Assembly (NCBI GenBank): GCA_021771915.1
Contig: JAETNY010000009.1
Span: 40,038-104,037 of the forward strand
Direction: 5' to 3'
Length of the DNA stretch: 64,000 nt
DNA from: Bacillota bacterium
GTDB lineage: Bacteria; Bacillota; Dehalobacteriia; UBA4068; UBA4997
The notes under the pieces were generated by a model. The model was not told the origin of the DNA and made no database searches. It saw nothing but the letters and a program-made list of their open reading frames with translations. A program made the position numbers and the translations under genes. Below, piece after piece: positions 1 through 8,686 of the stretch (position 1 is the first letter of the stretch; every line of letters begins with the position of its first letter).

Positions 1-154
1 AAACCTCGGCCAGAATATATTTGCCAATTTCTGACTCCTCCTGCTCAGAACGCGCTTTCAAAGCCGCTTTAACGTCCTCTGGCAGGTAATAAGCAGCGTC
101 CATACAAAGCTTTTCCACAGCATCAGCAATCACGCTTGCCTGTAATTCTCGCAT
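1..154 (-). CDS. Fe-S hydro-lyase (class I fumarate hydratase / tartrate dehydratase) alpha subunit, N-terminal fragment; the gene continues off the window
   Basis: Reverse-strand translation from the ATG (complement of 152-154) reads MRELQASVIADAVEKLCMDAAYYLPEDVKAALKARSEQEES.., which is typical of the FumA/TtdA alpha N-terminus. A GGAGTG Shine-Dalgarno lies 8 nt upstream. It sits downstream of the malic enzyme gene on the same strand. Confidence 0.55.
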   Translation of the reverse strand, partial: MRELQASVIADAVEKLCMDAAYYLPEDVKAALKARSEQEESEIGKYILAEV

Positions 155-190
155 TAAAAATCACTCCTTATCTCATATATGGGCGAGGTT

Positions 191-1372
191 TTAGATACGC
201 GCTACGCCGGAAGCCTTGGCCGCATCAGCCACAGCTTTGGCAATAACCGCCGCCACATTCTTATCCAGCGCGCTGGGAATAATGTTCTCATTGTTCAGTT
301 CAGCGTCCGGAATATAACCAGCCAGCGCCTTAGCTGCCGCCAGCTTCATTTCTTCATTAATATCAGAAGCGCGTACGGCCAGTGCGCCCTTAAAGAGGCC
401 CGGGAATACCAGTACATTATTAATCTGATTGGGGAAATCAGAACGACCTGTACCGATTACCGCGGCACCGCCTGCTTTGGCCTCGTCGGGGAAAATTTCC
501 GGTGTGGGATTGGCCATAGCAAAGATAATTGCATCTTTAGCCATAGTTTTCACCATATCGGTGGTCAACAGGCCGGGCTTGGATACGCCAACGAAAACAT
601 CAGCATCTTTAACTGCGTCAGCCAGACCGCCGGTGCGTCCCTCATGGTTAGTCTGCGCAGCCAAATCCTTGTGGTTATCATTCAACATGGTGGCAGGAAC
701 ATCTTTGTTGATAATGCCCTCCATGTCCACCAGGAACATATCTTTAACGCCCATTGCCAGAATAATCCGGGCAATGGCGGAACCAGCCGCACCACAACCG
801 TTAATAACAATTTTCAAATCTTCCATCTTCTTGCCCACAACCTTGGCGGCATTGATGATGGCGCTTAAAACGCAAACGGCAGTGCCATGCTGGTCATCAT
901 GGAAAATCGGAATATCCGTTTCTTCCTTCAGGCGCTGCTCAATATAGAAGCAACGGGGAGCCGCAATATCCTCCAGATTTACGCCGCCGAAAACCGGAGC
1001 AATATTTTTAACGATTTTGATAATTTCTTCATCGTCCTGGGTCTCAATACAAATCGGAAAAGCGTCTACATCAGCAAATTCCTTAAACAGGATACTCTTA
1101 CCCTCCATAACCGGAATTGCCGCCTTGGCGCCAATATTGCCCAAGCCCAAAACCGCGCTGCCGTCAGAAACCACAGCCACCAAATTGCCCTTGGCGGTGT
1201 ATTTATAAACATCATCTGCGTTATCGCGGATTTTGCGGCAAGGCTCCGCTACACCAGGAGTATAAGCAGTGCTTAAATCATCTCTGGTCTTAACCTCCAC
1301 CTTGCTGACGACCTCGATTTTGCCCTGATGCTTCTCATGCATTTCCAGAGCCAGTTGGTTATAATCTGCCAT
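191..1372 (-). CDS. NAD(P)-dependent malic enzyme (malate dehydrogenase, decarboxylating)
   Basis: 393-aa ORF. The N-terminus GKIEVVSKVEVKTRDDLSTAYTPGVAEPC and the Rossmann motif GCGAAGSAIARI are characteristic of short bacterial malic enzymes. Confidence 0.9.
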   Translation of the reverse strand: MADYNQLALEMHEKHQGKIEVVSKVEVKTRDDLSTAYTPGVAEPCRKIRDNADDVYKYTAKGNLVAVVSDGSAVLGLGNIGAKAAIPVMEGKSILFKEFADVDAFPICIETQDDEEIIKIVKNIAPVFGGVNLEDIAAPRCFYIEQRLKEETDIPIFHDDQHGTAVCVLSAIINAAKVVGKKMEDLKIVINGCGAAGSAIARIILAMGVKDMFLVDMEGIINKDVPATMLNDNHKDLAAQTNHEGRTGGLADAVKDADVFVGVSKPGLLTTDMVKTMAKDAIIFAMANPTPEIFPDEAKAGGAAVIGTGRSDFPNQINNVLVFPGLFKGALAVRASDINEEMKLAAAKALAGYIPDAELNNENIIPSALDKNVAAVIAKAVADAAKASGVARI

Positions 1373-1552
1373 TTTACATCTTCCTCTCTTTCATTTGCAG
1401 TTTTGCTGCAATTTTTTCAGGCAGAAGCGCCGGGCCGGTAAAAAAGCCTTTTACTTCTTCTCTACTTTATATAATAAACTATTTACGCAACAATTACAAC
1501 TGAATTTTTTAAAATATTGACATAATTTCTTATTGATTCGTTTTTATTCAAT

Positions 1553-1597
1553 AAAAAAGGCAAGCCCACACATTTTTGCGCAGGCTTGTTTTTTTAT
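1553..1597 (-). terminator. Rho-independent terminator downstream of the 1625..2977 gene
   Basis: Hairpin caagcc-N16-ggcttg with a U-tract on the minus strand. It is nearly identical, as a reverse complement, to the terminator at 59080..59118. Confidence 0.6.
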
Positions 1598-1624
1598 TTT
1601 ATAATATATTAAAACATACGTTTT

Positions 1625-2977
1625 TCAGTTTGTTGATATAGTAATGGTGCGGTTGGCGTTATCCCAGTCCACCTGCGCCTGCAAGGCCTCTGCCACAAAA
1701 CGCAGCGGCACCATGGTGCTGCCGTTTCTGGTATCGGCCGGAACGTCCAGATTAATGGTCTGGTCGTTTTTTATTGCCGATTTTTGCCCCAGAACCAGCT
1801 CAATCACAGTTTCCCCTTTAGTCGCCGTAATCTTCCGGCTGGCCGCGTCAAAATCCACGCTGGCGTTCAAAGCCTCAAAAATGGCCCGCATCGGCACCAG
1901 AGTTACGTCGTTGGCTACGTAAGGCGGCTGGGTGAACGAAAGCCGGCTGCCGTTCAAAATTACGCTGATTGGTTTTTCCGCCTGCCTGATGAAGCCCAGG
2001 CCGTTGTTAACATCCCGGCCGGTGAAAACCTTTTTGCCGTCATAATACAGATTAATGGAGCCGCCGCCGTCCAGACACATGGCGTTCACCAGCCCCAGCG
2101 ACTGGCAATAGGCCGCAGCGTCTTTGGGAGTGGCGCTGTTGATGCGGCCAATCACAATTTCGCCGTTGGCTTTGTTGCCGATAAAAGAGCGCGGCACACT
2201 GTTGGCAATTTTAGAATCCTGAAAGCCCTCCGCCGCCGGGTCTGCCGTCACGTTGCCGTTGATAAGCAAGCTGGGGCCGGCCCCCAAAGCCTGCTGCACA
2301 TTCTCCCAATCCGCCGCGCTGGTGTAAGTGGTATTGAATGTTGGGCTGTAACTAACCCTATCGCCCACGTTAATGCTACATTTGGCGTCAACATTGAACA
2401 TAATGGCAAAACCGCCGGCCGGAACCGTGAAAGGCGAACTGGTAATGTTGCTGACCGTGCCATCGCCGCCCACCAACACGGCCTTGCCGCCGGCATAAGG
2501 CGTGATTTGGCCGGCAAATTCCGAAGTGTATAGCACAATGGCGTCGCTGGTTTCACAATCATGATTGATACGCCAGGCCTTGAAAGTTTGCGCATCATTT
2601 ACGGTGCAGTTGATAGTAATATCCAGACGGTCAATCAGCAGCCGGCCGTCGGACGTAATCCCCATAACCGCGCCGCCGCCGATGTGCAACAGCTTGCCAT
2701 CGCGCATAACCGTGCCGTCAGGGAAAGGAGCGCCACCATAGGCGTTGAAATAAGTGCCGTTGATTGCGGCAAAAGCGTTGTTGTCCTGCGCCATTCCGGC
2801 CAGAGATTGGGTACGATTGGCCGCGCCATGGGCAGTCATGACCCGAGCCACTGTCGTGTTCATATCAATGGTGTACCAAGTGCCGCTGGCCGCCAGAGCC
2901 GGCACAACCGGCATGGCAAACAACAGGGCTCCGCCCAGCAACACACTGACAAGCATCTTTCTCAGAAACTTTTTCAT
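1625..2977 (-). CDS. Secreted phosphodiester-glycosidase-family protein with a C-terminal copper-amine-oxidase N-domain-like repeat
   Basis: 450 aa with an N-terminal signal peptide (MKKFLRKMLVSVLLGGALLFAMPVVPALA). The C-terminal repeats VPMRAIFEALNASVDFD / VPLRFVAEALQAQVDWD match Cu_amine_oxidN1-type wall-associated domains. Confidence 0.65.
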   Translation of the reverse strand: MKKFLRKMLVSVLLGGALLFAMPVVPALAASGTWYTIDMNTTVARVMTAHGAANRTQSLAGMAQDNNAFAAINGTYFNAYGGAPFPDGTVMRDGKLLHIGGGAVMGITSDGRLLIDRLDITINCTVNDAQTFKAWRINHDCETSDAIVLYTSEFAGQITPYAGGKAVLVGGDGTVSNITSSPFTVPAGGFAIMFNVDAKCSINVGDRVSYSPTFNTTYTSAADWENVQQALGAGPSLLINGNVTADPAAEGFQDSKIANSVPRSFIGNKANGEIVIGRINSATPKDAAAYCQSLGLVNAMCLDGGGSINLYYDGKKVFTGRDVNNGLGFIRQAEKPISVILNGSRLSFTQPPYVANDVTLVPMRAIFEALNASVDFDAASRKITATKGETVIELVLGQKSAIKNDQTINLDVPADTRNGSTMVPLRFVAEALQAQVDWDNANRTITISTN

Positions 2978-3065
2978 TACAATCTCCTCTTCACTTAATT
3001 TAATGGATAAAATAACTTTAACAATCTTATTTTAAGCCAAAAAACTTAAAAAGTCCAGAGTTTTT

Positions 3066-4240
3066 TTATTTTGCTACGTTTTCGCAAAATCGCATCAACA
3101 TCATAGCCACTTCGGCGCGCGTGGCATTGCCGGCCGGCTTCAACGCGCCGTTATCGCCATTGATAATACCTGCGCCAACTGCCCATTGCATGGCTTCCTG
3201 CGCCCAATCAGAAACACTGCCGCTGTCGCTGAAATTGCTCAAAGAACCTTTAACGCTAACATCATAACCTTTAAACTGCGCAAAACGATACAGAACCGCC
3301 GCCAGCTGCTCACGCGTTATCATATCGTTCGGGGCAAACGTGCCGTCTTTATAACCATTAACCACGCCGTTGGCCGCCGCCCAGGCAATCGCTTCGCTGA
3401 ACCACTGACCAGAAGCCACATCGCTGAAATCAGCCGCGCCGGCTTTCGGCTCACCCTCCAGGCGGAAAAGCATAGTTACCAGCATCGCCCGGGTAGTCGT
3501 GGCGTCAGGCTCAAACTTGCCTGCGTCCGTGCCGTTCATCATGCCTTTGTTGTAAACATAAGCAATCGCTTCGGAATACCAGGCGTTATTCTGCACGTCG
3601 GCAAACTTATTGTTAACATTCGCCGCCGTTACCGTCTTATTGTTGTCGATTGTTGTACCAGGTTTATTTGTGTCGCCCGGTTTTTCGGTAGTACCCGGTT
3701 TGGTAGTGGTGGTGCCGCTCGGCCGGCTGCTGCCGCCATGACTGCCACCGCCGCCATTATACTGCCAGATTGCATAAACAGTTGTATCCGCCGTAAAAGT
3801 ATAAACATCATTGGCTTTCACTTTGTTTTCGCTGTCTTTGTCGCCGATTGCCCAAGCAGTCAGAGTATAGCGGCTCTTGGTCGCCGTGGGCATTTTGTAT
3901 GTTTCGCCTTTGATTACATAATCAGGGTTGGTGATACCCTCCGCCAGAGTGCCGCCGTCAGTATCAAAGGTAATAGTGTAAACCTTATCCGCCGTAACCG
4001 TTACTGCGCAAGTCGCTTTTTTATCACCGGCTGTGGCGGTGATTATGGCCGCGCCCTTGCCAACAGCCGTAACCTTGCCGTCTTTATCCACCGTGGCAAC
4101 CTTTGCGTTGCTACTGATAAACATGATATTTTTGTTAGTGGCGTTTGCCGGGGCAACTGTGGCGGTCAGTGTTGCTGTGCCGCCAACTTCCAAATTCAAT
4201 GCGGTTTTATCCAGAGTTACGCCAGTAACTGGAATATTTG
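3066..4240. repeat. Shared C-terminal module (Big_2 + List_Bact repeat + linker + 3 SLH), copy A; diverged inverted paralog of 57900..59055
   Basis: Protein-level identity is near-colinear over about 390 aa. Nucleotide identity is roughly 80% by eye. Confidence 0.8.
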
Positions 4241-6125
4241 TTGGCTGTTCTGGCATAGTGCTGTTATAATGAATTTGTACGTTTTCAGGTACATTACTTT
4301 CCGCATTTTTAATTTTTAACCAGTCTTCCTCTGTGCCCTCATAATACATATCTGTTAGGTTTTTTGCCCATACAAACATGGTTTCAGGAAAAGCACATTC
4401 CACAACGCTTTTTGGTATATAGATTTCGTTTAAAGCATCAGCCATAAAAGCACTTTCGATAATAAATACGCTATCAGGAACAACGTAAATTTTGTTTGTA
4501 TTTGCATCAAAATATTGAATTAAAGTAGTTTTATCTTTGTCAAATAAGACCCCATTTTCTATACAATAATTATCATTATTGGTATTTAATAAAACTTCCG
4601 TTAATTTAGGACAACCAGACAAGGCACCAATATAAATTTTTTCAACACTTGCCGGAATTGAAACACTAACAAGATTGTTGCAACCATTAAAACAAAAATC
4701 ACCTATTTCAAGTAAACCCTCCGGTAAAATTATTTTAGTCAAATTTTCCTTGTCTGTAAATGCAAATGGAGCAATATATTTTACAGCAGTTCCCTTAATT
4801 TCCGACGGAATATCAGCAACCGTAACGCCAACATCACAACCTGTTATAGTATTGGTTGCTTTAATAAAATAAATATTGCCTCCCACAACAGGATATAATA
4901 ATTCAGGCTCAGGATAATCTGTATAATCATAAGAATAGCCAAATAAATCATCTAATGAATAACCGCTTTTAGATAATAGTGTGCTTAATTCTTTTTCACT
5001 GCCCTCATAAGTTATATCCAGATTACTGTTAGTATCCAAGGACTGTAAACCAATACTTTTTATGCCTTTGTGCATAGTCAAATATCTTAAATTGCTGCAA
5101 TTATAAAATACATGATTGCCTATTTGGGTTACAGGTACATCATCAATACTTTTAGGTATAACAACAGAAGTAACAGTATCATCACAGCCAACTATAATAC
5201 CTGTTGCTTTATCAAAATACATATATCCACCAGATACTGCAACTTTTTCATATGATGAGAAATCTTCACTCGCAAAAGAAATATTGACATTTTTCAAAAC
5301 ATCATCAACCGTGTCCATCACATTTATTTTTGCCCATTCTGCTCGAGAACCTAAATAATTAATATTTTTTAAATCAGATGCAGCAAATGCAGAACCATAA
5401 ATTCTGGTAATAGTTGCTGGCACAGTAATATCAGCCAGCTTATAACAATTTGCAAATACACTTCTTGAAAAGCCCATAAATCCTTCAGGGAAATTAATAT
5501 TTTCTAAATTTCTACAATCATAAAATGCAGATTGATTAATCATTGTACAAGAGATTGGTAATTTAACACTGGTTAATTGATTACATCTATTAAATGCATC
5601 ATGATTTATGGTTGTTACAGTGTCTGGAACTGCATATATTCCTGTTTTACCTATTGGACATCTTAACAAAATAGTTTTATCTTTATTAAATAAAACACCA
5701 TTTTCAGTAGAAAAATCAGAATTTGAGGAGGATACCATAATTTCTTTTAACTTAGGACACCCTGAAAAAACACCACTGACCTCATTTCCCCCAATGCTAT
5801 TTACAGTAGCAGGTATGCTAACCATATAGAGATTATCGCAACCAGCAAAGGCATTTTTACCAATAACTTTTACACCATTATAAACCGTAACAACTGTAAT
5901 ATCGTCACGATATGCGGCCCAAGGTTGCGTTTCTAATGTATAATCTGGCATTGCCGCATTAATTTGTCCCTCATATTTGTAAATTTCCAGATTGCCCTCA
6001 CTGTTTAACTGCCAACTTATGTCTCCGGATAGACCACTGGCAACAGTGGCCGCCCAGGCCGCAGGCGCCATACTTAGCGCCAGCAAAAATGCCAGCGCCA
6101 GCACGGCAAAAATTTTCTTTTTCAT
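3066..6125 (-). CDS. Cell-surface protein with BspA-type leucine-rich repeats, a Big_2 domain, a Listeria-Bacteroides repeat, a G/S/T/P linker and three SLH domains
   Basis: 1019 aa with a signal peptide (MKKKIFAVLALAFLLALSMAPAAWA). The LRR_5-like repeats are AT-rich (roughly 4300-5900). The C-terminal 390 aa, including the SLH motifs FADVQNNAWYSEAIAYVYNKGMMNG.., is paralogous to the 56725..59055 protein. Confidence 0.85.
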   Translation of the reverse strand: MKKKIFAVLALAFLLALSMAPAAWAATVASGLSGDISWQLNSEGNLEIYKYEGQINAAMPDYTLETQPWAAYRDDITVVTVYNGVKVIGKNAFAGCDNLYMVSIPATVNSIGGNEVSGVFSGCPKLKEIMVSSSNSDFSTENGVLFNKDKTILLRCPIGKTGIYAVPDTVTTINHDAFNRCNQLTSVKLPISCTMINQSAFYDCRNLENINFPEGFMGFSRSVFANCYKLADITVPATITRIYGSAFAASDLKNINYLGSRAEWAKINVMDTVDDVLKNVNISFASEDFSSYEKVAVSGGYMYFDKATGIIVGCDDTVTSVVIPKSIDDVPVTQIGNHVFYNCSNLRYLTMHKGIKSIGLQSLDTNSNLDITYEGSEKELSTLLSKSGYSLDDLFGYSYDYTDYPEPELLYPVVGGNIYFIKATNTITGCDVGVTVADIPSEIKGTAVKYIAPFAFTDKENLTKIILPEGLLEIGDFCFNGCNNLVSVSIPASVEKIYIGALSGCPKLTEVLLNTNNDNYCIENGVLFDKDKTTLIQYFDANTNKIYVVPDSVFIIESAFMADALNEIYIPKSVVECAFPETMFVWAKNLTDMYYEGTEEDWLKIKNAESNVPENVQIHYNSTMPEQPTNIPVTGVTLDKTALNLEVGGTATLTATVAPANATNKNIMFISSNAKVATVDKDGKVTAVGKGAAIITATAGDKKATCAVTVTADKVYTITFDTDGGTLAEGITNPDYVIKGETYKMPTATKSRYTLTAWAIGDKDSENKVKANDVYTFTADTTVYAIWQYNGGGGSHGGSSRPSGTTTTKPGTTEKPGDTNKPGTTIDNNKTVTAANVNNKFADVQNNAWYSEAIAYVYNKGMMNGTDAGKFEPDATTTRAMLVTMLFRLEGEPKAGAADFSDVASGQWFSEAIAWAAANGVVNGYKDGTFAPNDMITREQLAAVLYRFAQFKGYDVSVKGSLSNFSDSGSVSDWAQEAMQWAVGAGIINGDNGALKPAGNATRAEVAMMLMRFCENVAK

Positions 6126-6542
6126 TATATATAACCTCCTAAAAAATTTTGTATCTCAGCAGCCGAAACACCAAAGGGCATATTTAAGTGAAGGAGTTGG
6201 TGAAAATATGCCCCCAGGTATTGGCCGCCAAGACAACAAAAAATACGCGCGCAGGCATAATTCACCCACACACGCATAGAAAACCCTTTTCAGGAGGGAT
6301 TATACTTCTAAAGCGCAGCACCACACAACCGCTTACCAAAAAACGGTTGAAAAAAACATCTTGTAAAAAAGATACAGTTATACTATAATAATAACTGGTA
6401 GTGGCACTTGCACAAAAAAGCAGTTGTGTATGGCTGGAGTAGTCAGCCTGCATAGGGGCGCTGGGTATTCGCAGTACCTCAGCCCCTGCCGCTACTTTTT
6501 TTGTTGCCCCGGTTACTACAAAAACAACGGGATACACCTTTA
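6126..6542 (-). promoter_or_regulatory. Conserved long 5' leader of SLH gene A, with a terminator-like hairpin at about 6232..6277 on the minus strand
   Basis: About 90% identical to leader B in two blocks. Hairpin AUGCGUGUG-N17-CGCGCGUAU followed by a U-run, about 110 nt before the start codon. Confidence 0.55.
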
Positions 6543-6570
6543 TTATAATGCTAATAAATACATTTATCAA
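6542..6570 (-). promoter_or_regulatory. Sigma-A-type promoter for SLH gene A (TTGATA-17-TATAAT on the minus strand)
   Basis: -35 is the complement of 6565-6570 and -10 is the complement of 6542-6547. Same position relative to the conserved leader as the promoter at 56334..56362. Confidence 0.5.
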
Positions 6571-6876
6571 TATATTTTTACAAGAAATTTAAATTTTTTT
6601 CTCGCCGCCAGCTTGATTAAAATGGCAGACAAAGCAAAAGGCAGATTTACATTGACAAAATCTGCCTTTAAGGGTAAAATATAAACAGGCACCACATAAG
6701 TTGGTAGGCGGTTAGCTGTTGACCCTCTTGCAAAGGAGGTGAGGCCTATGCGAATAAGCTTTTTTGATGTATGGTGTTTCCACATCATCATAAACATAAA
6801 GTTAAAAAAGCATAGAAAAACCCGCCACTCGGCATAGTGACAGGTTTTAAGATTTAATAATTTGTTACAAAGGCTG

Positions 6877-6965
6877 GCCGCTTATCAGTGGCGCCTATTT
6901 AGTAATATTATAGTGCAGTTTAGCAAATTTGTCAATAAATTTTGGAATTTCATTTGATTAAAGAG
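6877..6965 (+). repeat. About 85-nt conserved intergenic element E, copy A, immediately upstream of nadE
   Basis: ggctggCCGCTTATCAGTGGcGCCT..TATTATAGT..AATTTgTCAA..TTGGAATTT aligns with 56171..56260 in the same orientation. It contains a TTATCA-N17-TATTAT promoter-like spacing. Confidence 0.5.
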
Positions 6966-6977
6966 AGGAAAAATAAT

Positions 6978-8663
6978 ATGAAAATAGCCCTTGCCCAGAT
7001 AAAGGTTCGCGCCGGACGGCCGGACATAAATTTTCAAAACATGCTGGATTTCTGCCGTCAGGCCGCCAAACAGCAGGCGGATTTAATCGTCTTTCCAGAA
7101 CTGGCCGTGAGCGGGAGTTTTTTGGGTCAGGCCTGGGCCAGCCCCGGCCTGCTGGCTGAAATTCAGAAATTTAACCAGAAGCTGATTGCCGCCAGCAGTC
7201 AGCTGCATGAAGCCGTAATTGTATTCGGCAGTATCGGCATGGTAAAAACTCCGGACGGCAACAGTTCACCCACCAGCGCCATTTACGTGGCGCAAAACGG
7301 CACGCAGCTTTCCTCACCGGCCGGCGGTTTCCGCGCCAAGGTAAATGGTCAGACGCTGGATTTTGCCCTGCTGACCGAGCAGCAAAGCCAGCCGGCCGCG
7401 CCCATTGTACTGAAGCTAGCCACCTCCTGCTTTGTGCAGGAAAAAACGCCGCAGTTTTACCAAAGCTTTGCCGCTTATGCCAAAACCTATGGCAAGACGC
7501 TGGTTTATGTTAACCACGTCGGCGTGCAAGACGCCGGCAAACCGGTCTATGTTTATGACGGCGCCAGCGCTGTTTTCAACCCGGACGGCGAACTGCTGGC
7601 CGCCGCGCCCCAGTTTGCGGAGCATCTGCTGCTTTTTGACACGGAACATACGCCGAAGCCGCTGGAACTGCCCAAAACCGACAGCACCGCCGCACTTTAC
7701 GACGGTCTGGTACATGCTATCCGCGAGTATTCGACCAATTTGGGTATAAACCGGGCAGTAATCGGCTTATCCGGCGGTATCGACTCCTGCCTGAACGCCT
7801 GCCTGCTGACTGCCGCTTTGGGCAAGGAAAATGTTTTGGGTATCAATCTGCCCTCCCGTTATAATTCCGACGCCACCCGGGAATGTGCGGAAAAGCTGGC
7901 CGCAAATTTGGGTATTCGTTATGAGGTGCTGCCCATTCAGGATATGGTAGACCAGCGCGCTGAACTGCTGGCCCGGCTTAACCTGCCCCTTTCCAAGGAA
8001 ATGCTGGAAAATGTACAGTCAAGGGAACGTGGTTCCGGCTTTTTGGCTGCAGCCGCGGCTGCTTTCGGTGGCGCTGTAATCTGTAATGGCAACAAAAGCG
8101 AGTTTACAATCGGCTATGCTACCATGTACGGTGACGCTATCGGTTATTTTGCACCTCTGGGCGACCTCTGGAAATGCCAGATTTATGAAATTGCCCGATA
8201 TATTTATGAAACTTCCGGTCTGCTGCCGCTGGCCGCGCTGGAACTCCAGCCCAGCGCCGAACTTTCTGACGCGCAGGATATTGAAAAAGGTCTGGGCGAC
8301 CCCCTTTGCTATGCTTACCATGATTATCTGTTCCGCAGTTGGGTGGAATGGGGTCAGGATATCACCGACAGTCTGACCTTTTATGAACAGGGCAAGCTGG
8401 CCGAGGTTACCGGCTGCGGCACTGAACAGCTGCGCCAGCTTTTCCCGGACACTGAAAGTTTTCTGGCTGATTTGGAGCGTTGGTGGCAGTTATATCGGGG
8501 ACTGGCCGTGGCCAAGCGTTTACAGGCGCCGCCGGTTCTTTCCCTCTCGCGCCGGGCTTTTGGCGCCGACCTGCCGGAAAGTCAGACCGGCTGCCATCTG
8601 GACGATGAATATTTAACCCTGAAAGCCAAAGTGCTGGCCAAAGCCGACCAGCTGGCATTTTAA
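6978..8663 (+). CDS. nadE: Glutamine-dependent NAD+ synthetase (nitrilase/CN-hydrolase domain + NAD synthase PP-loop domain)
   Basis: MKIALAQIKVRAGRPDINF.. is a CN-hydrolase start, and GLSGGIDSCLNACLL is a PP-loop. GAGAGGA Shine-Dalgarno before the ATG at 6978; the ORF track begins at 6942. Confidence 0.9.
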   Translation: MKIALAQIKVRAGRPDINFQNMLDFCRQAAKQQADLIVFPELAVSGSFLGQAWASPGLLAEIQKFNQKLIAASSQLHEAVIVFGSIGMVKTPDGNSSPTSAIYVAQNGTQLSSPAGGFRAKVNGQTLDFALLTEQQSQPAAPIVLKLATSCFVQEKTPQFYQSFAAYAKTYGKTLVYVNHVGVQDAGKPVYVYDGASAVFNPDGELLAAAPQFAEHLLLFDTEHTPKPLELPKTDSTAALYDGLVHAIREYSTNLGINRAVIGLSGGIDSCLNACLLTAALGKENVLGINLPSRYNSDATRECAEKLAANLGIRYEVLPIQDMVDQRAELLARLNLPLSKEMLENVQSRERGSGFLAAAAAAFGGAVICNGNKSEFTIGYATMYGDAIGYFAPLGDLWKCQIYEIARYIYETSGLLPLAALELQPSAELSDAQDIEKGLGDPLCYAYHDYLFRSWVEWGQDITDSLTFYEQGKLAEVTGCGTEQLRQLFPDTESFLADLERWWQLYRGLAVAKRLQAPPVLSLSRRAFGADLPESQTGCHLDDEYLTLKAKVLAKADQLAF

Positions 8664-8686
8664 CATTCGTCAGCAAGGATATTTTT

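Noticed and set aside
6188-6797. Short ORFs (66-102 aa) in the SLH-A / nadE intergenic region and their counterparts at 56145..56414
   Set aside because: They overlap the conserved leader and promoter elements, lack Shine-Dalgarno sequences and have low-complexity composition. They are most likely non-coding.
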